A DNA stretch of 43,168 nucleotides from a virus (lineage: Duplodnaviria; Caudoviricetes): positions 1-43,168 of IMG/VR virus record IMGVR_UViG_3300025103_000048; one strand, written 5' to 3'. The translations under genes were made by a program, and so were the position numbers. Shown here one piece after another: positions 1-9,731 of this stretch (position 1 is the first letter of the stretch; each line of letters starts with the position of its first letter). The notes beneath the pieces were generated by a model. It saw nothing but the letters and a program-made list of their open reading frames with translations. It was not told the origin of the DNA and did not search any database.

Positions 1-23
1 AACAAGAACAGGAAACTGAATAA
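1..23 (+). CDS. 3' end of an upstream gene (partial; possibly portal by position)
   Basis: Frame starting at 3 reads QEQETE-stop; TAA 21-23 overlaps the next ATG (TAATG coupling). Product is a positional guess only. Confidence 0.35.
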
Positions 24-391
24 TGGCAACATTACACAATGACGTGCTGGATGATGGACTCTCCGTCTTAAATGCAGCCACAACTACTATCCATATCACT
101 TCTCAGGAAGCTACTGCAAACTCAGGTGCAAACCTGTATAGCCTAGGAAATGCTTCTATTTCCATCGGCACACCTGTAGACCGTACTGCCTCTGGTGGTG
201 GTCGTAAGGTTGTAGCCCCTGCGATCTCTGGTGCTTCTGTCACTGCTACAGGAAACGCATCTAACTACGCTATTGTAGACGGTACTCGCTTACTTGCTAC
301 TGGCTCACTCACAGGCGGCGGTCAATCTGTCACCTCTGGTAACACTTTCTCTCTCGCTACTTTTGACATTGGTATCCCAGATCCTGCATAA
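23..391 (+). CDS. putative virion structural protein (first gene of fibre cluster)
   Basis: 122 aa, A/T/S/G-rich beta-type composition; coupled start; leads the fibre cluster. Confidence 0.6.
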   Translation: MATLHNDVLDDGLSVLNAATTTIHITSQEATANSGANLYSLGNASISIGTPVDRTASGGGRKVVAPAISGASVTATGNASNYAIVDGTRLLATGSLTGGGQSVTSGNTFSLATFDIGIPDPA

Positions 392-411
392 GTTATACGA
401 GGTTAGACTAA

Positions 412-1596
412 ATGGCTAAATTTGCTGATCGGGTAAAGGTAGGTAATACCACTGCAGCTAATGCAGGTTCCGCTACCACATTGACCCTTGGCTCTGCTGA
501 AGCAGGGTATCAAGCTGTTCCTTCTTCTCTGGATGGCGAGACAATTCGCTATGTCATTGAGGAAGGTAACACTTGGGAAATTGGTACAGGTACTTACACT
601 CACAGTGGGACTACTCTTACTCGATCTGTAACTAGCTCATCAAACTCTAACAATGCTATAGCTGTAACGACTAACTCTAAAGTCTTTATAGCGCCAGTTG
701 CAGACGATCTACAGTTTGTTCAAGTCTATAGCTCTACAAGCGATCTACCTTCTGCGTCTGATAACCACGGGCGCATTACTCATGTCCACGGTGAAGGAGC
801 TATGTATTTTGCGCATGGTGGGAACTGGGTTAAACTAGCTAACGCTTCTGATGCTATTAGCTTAACTGATCTATCGGTTACGCAAAACTCAGCATCTGGT
901 TCTGGAGCGTTAACTTATAATAACTCCAGTGGAGTATTCTCATACACACCTCCTGCTTCAACAAGCTCTTCTGGTGGTACTCTTGAACCAGTAAAAGAAA
1001 CTGAGTTCACAGCTACAGCTAACCAGACTACTTTTACTGTCACTTATGCCGCAGGTAATATAGCAGTCTTCCTTAACGGTTCTAAGCTAGGCGCTGCTGA
1101 TTTCACTGCAACGAATGGTACATCTGTAGTCCTTGCCACAGGGGCTACTCTGAATGATTTAGTAGAAGTAGTAGAATACGGCGCTCCTTTTGCTTCTCCT
1201 TATAGCTCTAGTATTCATACAGCAAATGGGTCTTCTCCATTTAACACTGGGAATACAATCCTTACTGCTGCCTATACGCAAGGCAAAGAAGGCGTTTACG
1301 TTAATGGGGTCAAGCTTCTAAGCGGTACAGATTATACGACAAATACTGGTGGAACTACGATCACCTTTACCTCTGCTCTAAGTACGAATGATAAAGTTGA
1401 GCTAGTAGAACACGGTGCGTTAGCAGATGCCGCAAGTGCTTTTACTGACCTTACCGACACACCTAGCAGTTTAGGTACAGCAGGTCAGGTCGTTCAAGTT
1501 AACTCCGCAGGTAATGCTTTAGAGTTTGCCTCTGCCTCTAGCGGTGGAATTTCAACAGGAAAGGCTATCGCTATGGCTATAGTTTTCGGAGGATAA
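412..1596 (+). CDS. fibre/adaptor protein with two repeated beta domains
   Basis: GAGG RBS; MAKFADRVK N-terminus; Mtd-N-like motif (SDLPSAS..HGRITHV..GAMYF..GGNW); two domains with (F/V)xNGxKL..D(F/Y)T..GT..ND.VE.VE; C-terminal KAIAMAIVFGG. Confidence 0.7.
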   Translation: MAKFADRVKVGNTTAANAGSATTLTLGSAEAGYQAVPSSLDGETIRYVIEEGNTWEIGTGTYTHSGTTLTRSVTSSSNSNNAIAVTTNSKVFIAPVADDLQFVQVYSSTSDLPSASDNHGRITHVHGEGAMYFAHGGNWVKLANASDAISLTDLSVTQNSASGSGALTYNNSSGVFSYTPPASTSSSGGTLEPVKETEFTATANQTTFTVTYAAGNIAVFLNGSKLGAADFTATNGTSVVLATGATLNDLVEVVEYGAPFASPYSSSIHTANGSSPFNTGNTILTAAYTQGKEGVYVNGVKLLSGTDYTTNTGGTTITFTSALSTNDKVELVEHGALADAASAFTDLTDTPSSLGTAGQVVQVNSAGNALEFASASSGGISTGKAIAMAIVFGG

Positions 1597-1600
1597 AAAT

Positions 1601-1954
1601 ATGACAGCCCCAAACATAGTAGATGTTGCTACGATTACTGGCAAAACGGCGGTACAAGCAATAGGCACATCAGCTACAGCCATCGTCACAAATGCTGCTA
1701 GTTCAGGCAAAGTTTTAAAAGTTAACGCTTTATATGTTAGTAATGTTGACGGTACAAATACTGCGGAAATTAGCGTTGATATTTATCGTTCAAGCACTGC
1801 TTACCATCTTGCTAAAACCATATCTATTCCAAGTGATGCAACATTAGACGTTATAGCTAAAGCCGTCTATTTAGAAGAAGGAGATGCCTTGCGGCTAACT
1901 GCTTCAGTGGCATCTGATCTTGAAGCTGTTTGTTCGTATGAGGAAATAAGCTAA
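1601..1954 (+). CDS. small virion fibre-associated protein
   Basis: GGAGG RBS; 117 aa all-beta pattern ending CSYEEIS; coupled (TAATG) to next gene. Confidence 0.6.
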   Translation: MTAPNIVDVATITGKTAVQAIGTSATAIVTNAASSGKVLKVNALYVSNVDGTNTAEISVDIYRSSTAYHLAKTISIPSDATLDVIAKAVYLEEGDALRLTASVASDLEAVCSYEEIS

Positions 1955-3108
1955 TGAGGTTCAACTCTTCTATAAAAGGAAAAGTTGCTAAACCTACTGC
2001 CGAAAGTGCGAGTGGGATACACAGCCTAAACAATGTAAATATTGCACGAAAAGATGATGCTTGGTATATTCCTTTCTTATACCCTTTTGCGGTGAACCAA
2101 ATTCTACCTTTTTCGGTCAGTAGATCAATAACCGACTCGGCTGGTTCTTCGGCACATAGAACTGGCCCAAGTCAAGCCGAAGTTCGGGGTTGGCTATCTG
2201 GTACAAGCAATGGAGGCCCAAACTGGGGGTATTCAACTTATGTAGATGTGCCAGTACAAGGATACCAAAGATGGACTGTTGGTTACCAAGGTGTGTATGA
2301 GATTAGCGCTAAAGGTGCAGGAGGCGGTGGAACTGACACAAATCCAGAATTTCACAGAGGCCGAGGGCAGATTGCAACAGCACGTTTTAATTTGTCGGTA
2401 GGGGATCAGGTAATTATTGTTGTCGGGCAAGGCGCTCCAGACTACACAGGAGATCATTGTAACGGCGCAGGTGGCGGCTCATTTGTTGCACTAGGTTCTA
2501 ATTACACTACTGCTATTCCACTTCTCGTAGGCGCAGGGGCTTCAGGGGATACCTCTGACGGGGCAGGTAATGATCCGTCCATCATAAGTACCTCTCGAAC
2601 TGTTACTGACCCTAGTGGTAATTCCCATACTGGCTTAACCACTACTCCTGTACAACTAGCTGCTAGTAATTACGGAACTTGGGGGTATAGCTATGTTCCA
2701 AGTTCTGGTTCTACCCAAAATACAGTAGGTGGCGGTTTTTGGGGAAGTAGCCCGACAACAGGTTCTACTTATCAACACGGAGAAACTTTTAGCGAAGGTT
2801 TAGTAGGCGGTACTCGGTCGAATGACACCGCAGGGTACGGCGGCTTTGGCGGCGGCTCAGGTGGCTTTGATGAAAAAGGAAACTCCGCTGGAGGTTTTAC
2901 TACTGGGGAATCTGCTGACGGCCCTGCATCTGCGGCAGGAGGGTGGATCAACACAGGCCACAGCAAGTATAATTCAGTTGTTGGAGATGCGTTTAGTTTA
3001 AAACCCGAAACGATTACAGGCACTTCTACCAATGTACCGTTCCAATCCTCTGACTACTCATCAGAAGAGCAACTTAACGGTTCTGTGACAGTAAAGAGGA
3101 TCAGCTAA
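1954..3108 (+). CDS. glycine-rich (ALK/LTK-like) putative receptor-binding protein
   Basis: QRWTV..GVYEISAKGAGGG, RGRG..A.F.L..GD.V.IVVGQG, GAGGGSFV, GGFGGGSG, GSVTV motifs match the ALK/LTK glycine-rich domain pattern. Confidence 0.7.
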   Translation: MRFNSSIKGKVAKPTAESASGIHSLNNVNIARKDDAWYIPFLYPFAVNQILPFSVSRSITDSAGSSAHRTGPSQAEVRGWLSGTSNGGPNWGYSTYVDVPVQGYQRWTVGYQGVYEISAKGAGGGGTDTNPEFHRGRGQIATARFNLSVGDQVIIVVGQGAPDYTGDHCNGAGGGSFVALGSNYTTAIPLLVGAGASGDTSDGAGNDPSIISTSRTVTDPSGNSHTGLTTTPVQLAASNYGTWGYSYVPSSGSTQNTVGGGFWGSSPTTGSTYQHGETFSEGLVGGTRSNDTAGYGGFGGGSGGFDEKGNSAGGFTTGESADGPASAAGGWINTGHSKYNSVVGDAFSLKPETITGTSTNVPFQSSDYSSEEQLNGSVTVKRIS

Positions 3109-5046
3109 ATGACTAAATCTCGTGATCTTGGAAACCTTGTTTCAGACGGTACAAACGAAAGCCCCGTCATATTGACTGAGCCGCCGACCACAGAAATATC
3201 GTTACCTGCCAACGGAACAGAAACTGTTACGATGTTAGCCCAAGACCCAGAGGGTTTTGATATTACATATGGAATTGCGTACAAGACGGCAACTAATTCC
3301 CTACCATCTCAATTAAGTTCCTCTACCAGTATTAACCAATCTACAGGTGTGTATACGTTTAACACCTCCTCAATCGTTGGCTCGTTTACTGCTCGACTTT
3401 CTGCTTCCGATGGAGTCCATTCCGCAACTCGCCTTGTTGACTTTAAAATTGCAACCGAAATGGAAATTCTTGGTGTAGGTGCTGGCGGTGGTGGATCAGA
3501 ACTTGCAGGTGCTGGTGGCGGTGCAGGTGGATTAGTTCTTGATACAGCCTATTCATATACGGCAGGGACGACCTACAGTATTTCTGTAGGATCAGGCGGC
3601 AGTAAATCTAATGATGGTAGTAACAATGACGTAGGCACATCAGGTGGCGACACTACTTTTGGCATTTCAGGCGGCTCTACTATATACACAGCCAAAGGGG
3701 GTGGCTACGGCGGTGCGGTGGGTGTTGCTCCTGCTAATGGTGGATCAGGGGGTGGCGAAGGTCGTGCTTCGGGTTCAACTGGCGCAGGGTCATCCACGCA
3801 GGATAGTTACAGCGGAAAAGGTTTTGGCAACACTGGCGGTGCTATGTTTTCTAATACTGGCGGCGGTGGCGGCGGCGGTGCAGGATCAGCAGGAGGAGAT
3901 GCCACAAATACCGTAGGCGGCTCTGGTGGTGATGGAAAACAAAGTAATATAACAGGAACCAACCTATATTACGCAGCAGGTGGTGCAGGACACGGATACA
4001 ACACCACAGTTGGGTCGGATGGGTTAGGAGGTAAAACCACGAAAGGCGGCGGTGGCCTTGGAGGAGATTACGCAGCAGGAGTTACAGCTACAGACGGTAA
4101 TGATGGTGTTGTAATCATTGCGTTATCAGCAGCAGCAGGCGGAGTAACAGGTACATATACCTTAGATAGTACCACACGATCAGGCTTTTACGTTTACACC
4201 TTTACTGGCTCTGGGACTATTACTCCTGCGAACCATGCAAATTCTTATACCGTAGATTACCTCGTTATAGGCGGCGGTGGTGGAGGTGGAGGTACTCCAA
4301 GTGGATATTCGGGCGCAGGGGGTGGCGGTGCAGGAGGCTATCGCAACTCTTACAACTCAGAAACATCTGGAGGTGGGGGATCATCGGAATCTGGTACTAT
4401 TATAAATGCAAATACAGACTTTACTCTTACTGTTGGTGCAGGTGGCGCAGGTGGGCCGAACAACAATGGAAATTCCATAGGATCAGCAGGTAACAATTCT
4501 GTATTTGGGAATATTACCTCAGTCGGAGGTGGGTATGGCGGTGTCCAATCTCTTGATGCAGGAAATGGCGGATCAGGCGGTGGCTCTGGGTACAAAGCAA
4601 CATCAGTCTCAGGTACAGGTACATCAAACCAGGGTTATAATGGTGGAGGTGGTGCAAGTAACAGTGCCGATCCGTTCCCTGCTGCAGGTGGCGGTGGAGC
4701 AGGTGGCGTTGGTGGCGACAGAACGACAGGCGGCGGCGCAGGTGGTGTAGGGGTAGCCTCAAGCATCACGGGATCATCAGTCACAAGAGCAGCAGGTGGA
4801 CAGGGTGGATACTCTTATAACGCAGGTGTGGCAGGTGCAGATGGCGCAGCTAACACAGGTACTGGCGGTGGCGGCGGATCAGGAAATGCAGGTGGTGATG
4901 GTGGATCAGGCGTAGTTATCCTTCGTTACCCTTCAACCAAAACTCTTACGGTTGGCTCTGGTTTAACCTCAAGCACAGCAACAGTTGGATCAGATAAAGT
5001 GACAACTTTCACTGCTGGTACTGGCACGGTGACCTTTAGTATATAG
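3109..5046 (+). CDS. fibre protein: cadherin/Ig-like domain plus two polyglycine (Gly-rich) domains
   Basis: AQDPEG...ASDG Ig-like unit, then two domains starting EILGVGAGGGG and DYLVIGGGGGGG, each ending G.G.DG/SGVVI...FT.G.GT. Confidence 0.75.
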   Translation: MTKSRDLGNLVSDGTNESPVILTEPPTTEISLPANGTETVTMLAQDPEGFDITYGIAYKTATNSLPSQLSSSTSINQSTGVYTFNTSSIVGSFTARLSASDGVHSATRLVDFKIATEMEILGVGAGGGGSELAGAGGGAGGLVLDTAYSYTAGTTYSISVGSGGSKSNDGSNNDVGTSGGDTTFGISGGSTIYTAKGGGYGGAVGVAPANGGSGGGEGRASGSTGAGSSTQDSYSGKGFGNTGGAMFSNTGGGGGGGAGSAGGDATNTVGGSGGDGKQSNITGTNLYYAAGGAGHGYNTTVGSDGLGGKTTKGGGGLGGDYAAGVTATDGNDGVVIIALSAAAGGVTGTYTLDSTTRSGFYVYTFTGSGTITPANHANSYTVDYLVIGGGGGGGGTPSGYSGAGGGGAGGYRNSYNSETSGGGGSSESGTIINANTDFTLTVGAGGAGGPNNNGNSIGSAGNNSVFGNITSVGGGYGGVQSLDAGNGGSGGGSGYKATSVSGTGTSNQGYNGGGGASNSADPFPAAGGGGAGGVGGDRTTGGGAGGVGVASSITGSSVTRAAGGQGGYSYNAGVAGADGAANTGTGGGGGSGNAGGDGGSGVVILRYPSTKTLTVGSGLTSSTATVGSDKVTTFTAGTGTVTFSI

Positions 5047-5054
5047 GATAAACG

Positions 5055-7598
5055 ATGAGCAATAACACAAACCTCAGTAAACTCGCTAACGTCTTAGATG
5101 ATGGCTCTTCGGGTCAGTATCTTAAAAGCACTGGTTCTGGTGGGGTAGTCTTTGATACAGTTGCCGCAGGAACAACTACAGTAGCTGATATCACTGCTCT
5201 AGAGGCTCTTTCTGCTGCTCAAGGTGATATGGCCTTTGTGCTTTCCAACGATAATGTCTACATCCGTAAGACCGCAGGTTGGTACAAGATTGCACAGGTT
5301 ACTAATAACCAACTCCATTCTGTTACAGTCACTATGTCAGGCGGAGGTACAGCAGGTGACCCTTATTTACTTGCTCTAGATGGCACAGATACTTTAGCCA
5401 CAGGCGCAGCGACAGACCCAGAAGGCTTATCTGTTACTTGGTCTGCTGCTCCAATAAGCCCTGCTACTTTGTCGGGTAGTAATATTGTTGTATCTAGTGT
5501 TAATGTGGCTACCATAACCCAAGGCACAGGTGCTAATTCTAACGTGTTTACGCTTGATCCCGTAGCCACCACAGGTACACATAACTTTAGTCTAAGATTT
5601 AGTGTGACCGATGGGATCAATGCTACAATAAATGCTGACAAGGACTATACCTTAAACTTTATTACGACGATTGCTGACTCTAAATACACTACAATGCTTG
5701 CTCAAGCAGTTGGGGCTAATAACGGTACTAACTCTTCGCTCACTGATAGTTCCTCTGGTAGCCACACTTTTACTAACACAGGCAGTCCAGTAGCAGGTAC
5801 TTTCTCACCTTATCGTTCTGGTGGATATAGCGTCCTTTTTGATGGTTCCGGTGACTATCTTGAAAATACACAAGGTACTGGGATAGGTGAAGTAGGCTCA
5901 GGCCCATTTTGCATTGAAGCGTGGGTATATAAGCGTAGTAACTCAAGCTTTGATTCCATCTGTAGCTTAGGTTCAAGTGCGGGATCGTATCAGTTTGAAG
6001 TGGGTGAAAATTCCGACAGAGTACGGTGGGAAACTCACAGTGGGGCTGTGGCTACAAGCACAACAACTTTGAATTTAAATGAATGGTATCATGTTGCTGT
6101 CAGCCGCGACAGTAGTAACAATCTTCGTCTTTACGTGAACGGCACTAAAGAAGATCAAGTTACTAATACAGAAAATTACAATGATGCTGGCCCCTTTGAA
6201 ATAGGACGAAATAGGGGAAGCTCGGACGAGTTTGATGGCTACATTCAGGATTTGAGGATTGTTATAGGGTCTTCCGTCTATGAGGCCGACACTATTACTG
6301 TTCCAACTGAGCCGCTTACAGCAATAACAAACACTAATTTACTGACTTGTCATTTGCCATACATTACTGACGGGTCAACTAATGGTTGGGAACTTACCGT
6401 CAATGGCGACGTTAGTACAAAACCCTTCTCGCCTTACGACTACATAGAATACGATGCAGCAGATCACGGTGGGTCTATATATTTTCCTGTTAACACTGGG
6501 ACTCGACTATCATCAGCAAGCAGTAGCCTTGAACTGGGAACTGGTAATTTTACGATAGAAGGGTGGGTATACCACAAGCTAGATGGCGCTACTAATTCTT
6601 CTTATCTTTTCGACTATAGAATCCCTCCTAATTCTGGGTCATACCATTCTTTTTTATATATTGAAAATAGTGTTTTTAAATATGGTTATGGAGCTTATAG
6701 TCAACAGATTACCAGTGGAACAGTAAAAGAAAATCAATGGTATCACTGGGCGGTGTGTAGGTCAGGTACTAACACAAAACTGTTCCTTAACGGAAAACAA
6801 GCTGGCTCCACTTTTACTGGTGACAATGTAAATTATCAGGGACAACAGCCGTATATCGGAAGACACAATAACGTCACTTCTTTAAATGCCAAAGGGTATT
6901 TATCTGATGTCAGAATTACTAAGTCAGACCTTTATACAGCAGATTTTACGCCACCAACTGCGCCTTTGGCATCTACTAACTCAGTGTTACATATAAAAGG
7001 CACAGACGCTGCAATTATCGACAAGTCTGGCTCTGCTAATTTAGAGCTTGTGGGGGATACTAAATGTTCAACAGCGCAAGTTAAATTTGCTGGCTCAAAA
7101 TCAATGTACTTTGATGGGTCTGGAGATCGTGCCACAGCTACGGGAGTCCCAGATTTAGGTGATGATTTTACTATCGAGTGTTGGGTCTATTCTACTACGA
7201 CAGGAAATAGAGGTATTGTTTCATCTATAGATAATATTCAGAGTTGGAGCGGTAGTGGTTATTGGTCCCTTTATGTTGGTGGTGGCAATTACCCTCAACT
7301 AATAATAGATGGTGGTACAACCACAGCCAATAGTACAACCCTACCAACTAATCAGTGGGTACATTTAGCAGTCACAAGAACAAGTAACACTGTTCGTTAT
7401 TTTATAAATGGAACAGTCCAAAGCACAACGTTTTCTAATAGCCTAACTTTAAAAAATCCTTCTGGAATTGTTATCGGGTCTTCTCCCAACAATAACTATA
7501 TCTATAACTATACTGGCTACATTCAGGATTTGAGGATCGCTAACGAATGTAAATATACCGCAACCTTCACCCCACCAACCGCACCACTAGAAGGCTAA
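5055..7598 (+). CDS. fibre protein with three LamG/concanavalin A-like lectin domains
   Basis: Three units with F(C/T)IExWVY, (E/Q)W(Y/V)HxAVxR, NG, GY(I/L)xD(L/V)RI, FTPPTAPL; preceded by TDPEG..VTDG Ig-like unit. Confidence 0.85.
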   Translation: MSNNTNLSKLANVLDDGSSGQYLKSTGSGGVVFDTVAAGTTTVADITALEALSAAQGDMAFVLSNDNVYIRKTAGWYKIAQVTNNQLHSVTVTMSGGGTAGDPYLLALDGTDTLATGAATDPEGLSVTWSAAPISPATLSGSNIVVSSVNVATITQGTGANSNVFTLDPVATTGTHNFSLRFSVTDGINATINADKDYTLNFITTIADSKYTTMLAQAVGANNGTNSSLTDSSSGSHTFTNTGSPVAGTFSPYRSGGYSVLFDGSGDYLENTQGTGIGEVGSGPFCIEAWVYKRSNSSFDSICSLGSSAGSYQFEVGENSDRVRWETHSGAVATSTTTLNLNEWYHVAVSRDSSNNLRLYVNGTKEDQVTNTENYNDAGPFEIGRNRGSSDEFDGYIQDLRIVIGSSVYEADTITVPTEPLTAITNTNLLTCHLPYITDGSTNGWELTVNGDVSTKPFSPYDYIEYDAADHGGSIYFPVNTGTRLSSASSSLELGTGNFTIEGWVYHKLDGATNSSYLFDYRIPPNSGSYHSFLYIENSVFKYGYGAYSQQITSGTVKENQWYHWAVCRSGTNTKLFLNGKQAGSTFTGDNVNYQGQQPYIGRHNNVTSLNAKGYLSDVRITKSDLYTADFTPPTAPLASTNSVLHIKGTDAAIIDKSGSANLELVGDTKCSTAQVKFAGSKSMYFDGSGDRATATGVPDLGDDFTIECWVYSTTTGNRGIVSSIDNIQSWSGSGYWSLYVGGGNYPQLIIDGGTTTANSTTLPTNQWVHLAVTRTSNTVRYFINGTVQSTTFSNSLTLKNPSGIVIGSSPNNNYIYNYTGYIQDLRIANECKYTATFTPPTAPLEG
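6236..7537 (+). repeat. exact 24-bp direct repeat TGGCTACATTCAGGATTTGAGGAT (6236-6259 and 7514-7537)
   Basis: Read directly; encodes GYIQDLRI in LamG domains 1 and 3. Confidence 0.85.
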
Positions 7599-7600
7599 CA

Positions 7601-9730
7601 ATGCTAGGTTTTAATCCATTAGCATCTGGCCCATTAGGTGATGATGGAGCCGTAGTAGGACCAGTATCTCTTACTGCTACAGGTATTACTACAGCAGCCC
7701 CTAGTGTAGGCTCAAGTGCACTAACTCTTAATTTCTCCCTGACTGCTACAGGTATTACTACAGCCGCCACTACAGTAGGTGACTCAAGTCTTACTCAGGT
7801 TCAAGTCTTAGGCGCTTCAGAGCTTGTCACAGTAGCTCCTGATCTAGAAACCTCAGACATAACTCAGAACCAAGTAATTGCGATAACAGGGATCACTACA
7901 GCAGCTCCACAGGTTGATGATGGTGATCTGTCTTGTGCACAAAGTCTCTCTGCACTTAACATAGCTTGTGCCCCTCCCACTGTTGGTGACACAACTCTAA
8001 CCCTTGATTCCTACTCACTAACTCCTGCTGGAATTACTACAGCAGCCCCCGACCTAGCCGATGAACAGAAAGTCTATTCTGTTGCTAGAACTAGCGTATT
8101 TAATAGCCCTTCTAATTATACCAAGACTATTGAGAGTGTACAAAATAAGTATGCCCATAGGCCTTGGCAAAAAGTTAAGACTGGAACTATTTCCGTAGGG
8201 ACTACCTCAACAACCTTTAGGTCTTATGGTAACTACGTACAAAGCGGTTATAACTATTATACAGAATACGAGATAACCCTTAACTATAGTGGTTCTGGCT
8301 CTATCTCCGCTATTCAAAACTATAGTGGTAGCTCTCCCAGTAACCAACAATCTATATCTGATGTAGAAGCCGCAATAGTGGCAGCAGGTAAAGCTAAGTT
8401 TGGTTGGCTCTCTGATGGAGATGCTCAGTTTACGAATACTACTGGTACAAGTAATAATGACCAGTGGCAGCTTAAGAACCTAGCTGGAACTACCACTTAC
8501 GCTACTTATAATATACCTAATTTTCCTAATAATAATAGTAGCTATCGTTTTACTAATAAAGACAGATTAGACAGATGGCTACTATGTCATTACTCACAAT
8601 ATGATAATTCTTCCGCTAGTGATGTAAGTAAGTCCTTTATAACTGGACTAAATGGTTCTGATCCGTATCTCACTTCAGATGTCACCCTTGACGAATATAC
8701 ATTACTAACACCTGTCACTACTGCTACTGGTACTCCCACTATTGGTGATAGTCTTCTTACTCAAGAACATACTTTAGACGCTCCTGAATTAGTTACCCTA
8801 GCACCCTCTATTTCCACTGCAGGGGTAACACAAGAACATACCCTTACTGCTCCTGAGTTAGTCACTCTAGCGCCCTCTGTTTCCACTGCGGCCCTAACTC
8901 AAGCGCAAGACCTTACTCCTACTATCTTTGCTTCTGGTGCACCTGACTTAGCACAAGCAACCTTAACACAAGTACACTCCCTAACTACAGCAGAACTAGC
9001 CACAGGCGCTCCTGATGTAGACGACACGCCTATAACTCTTGCTGGTCAATTAGGGGCTGACAGCATAGTCACAGGTGCTCCAAGTGTAGGCACAGCAGGG
9101 CTAACCCAAGTCCAAGACTTAAGTGCCACAGGCATTACTACTGCTGCCCCTGATCTTCATACTATAGACTTAACTCAAGATCATGCTTTAGGTGCAACCT
9201 CTATTTCTACTGGTGCTCCTACCGTTGGAGATACAAGTGCAGCAGAAAATGAAGAGTTATTTGTACCTGAGTTGGTCACAGGTACACCAAGCCTAGACAA
9301 CACAACTCTTACTGAGAACTACCTTCTAGAGACAAGCGAGTTAGTTACTGCTCCTGCAGAAGTCTCTCTTACAGCCCTAAGCCAAGTACATGACATAGCT
9401 GTAACAGGTATTACCACAGCAGCTCCTGTAGTAGGCAATAGCGATGTTTCTGAGGGTCAAGTACCACTAGGCATCACCACAGGTCTCCCCACAGTACCTG
9501 ATATTGGTAGTGAGTTCTTCCCCTCAATAACTACTGGCACACCCACAGTAGGTGACGCTCAACTAAACCAAGCCCATGACTTCATTATCCCTGAGCTTGT
9601 ATGTCAGAACTACGATGGCGCTACCACAAGGTTTGTCTTTAAGGGGAGAAGAGGGGAGTTTACTTCTGTCACGGTGAGCCTAAGCCAGAACAGTGTAGTA
9701 GTACCACTAACAGCAAACAGCGTGGAATAA
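7601..9730 (+). CDS. long repetitive fibre/shaft protein (~23-aa repeats) with an inserted domain
   Basis: Repeats of L.A..(I/L)(T/V)T.AP.V....LTQ; 69-nt periodicity visible in DNA (7673/7742, 8762/8831); non-repetitive insert ~8060-8700. Confidence 0.7.
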   Translation: MLGFNPLASGPLGDDGAVVGPVSLTATGITTAAPSVGSSALTLNFSLTATGITTAATTVGDSSLTQVQVLGASELVTVAPDLETSDITQNQVIAITGITTAAPQVDDGDLSCAQSLSALNIACAPPTVGDTTLTLDSYSLTPAGITTAAPDLADEQKVYSVARTSVFNSPSNYTKTIESVQNKYAHRPWQKVKTGTISVGTTSTTFRSYGNYVQSGYNYYTEYEITLNYSGSGSISAIQNYSGSSPSNQQSISDVEAAIVAAGKAKFGWLSDGDAQFTNTTGTSNNDQWQLKNLAGTTTYATYNIPNFPNNNSSYRFTNKDRLDRWLLCHYSQYDNSSASDVSKSFITGLNGSDPYLTSDVTLDEYTLLTPVTTATGTPTIGDSLLTQEHTLDAPELVTLAPSISTAGVTQEHTLTAPELVTLAPSVSTAALTQAQDLTPTIFASGAPDLAQATLTQVHSLTTAELATGAPDVDDTPITLAGQLGADSIVTGAPSVGTAGLTQVQDLSATGITTAAPDLHTIDLTQDHALGATSISTGAPTVGDTSAAENEELFVPELVTGTPSLDNTTLTENYLLETSELVTAPAEVSLTALSQVHDIAVTGITTAAPVVGNSDVSEGQVPLGITTGLPTVPDIGSEFFPSITTGTPTVGDAQLNQAHDFIIPELVCQNYDGATTRFVFKGRRGEFTSVTVSLSQNSVVVPLTANSVE

Positions 9731-9731
9731 T

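Noticed and set aside
1954-9730. Diversity-generating retroelement acting on fibre genes
   Set aside because: No reverse transcriptase and no ~100-bp repeat pair differing only at adenines was seen.
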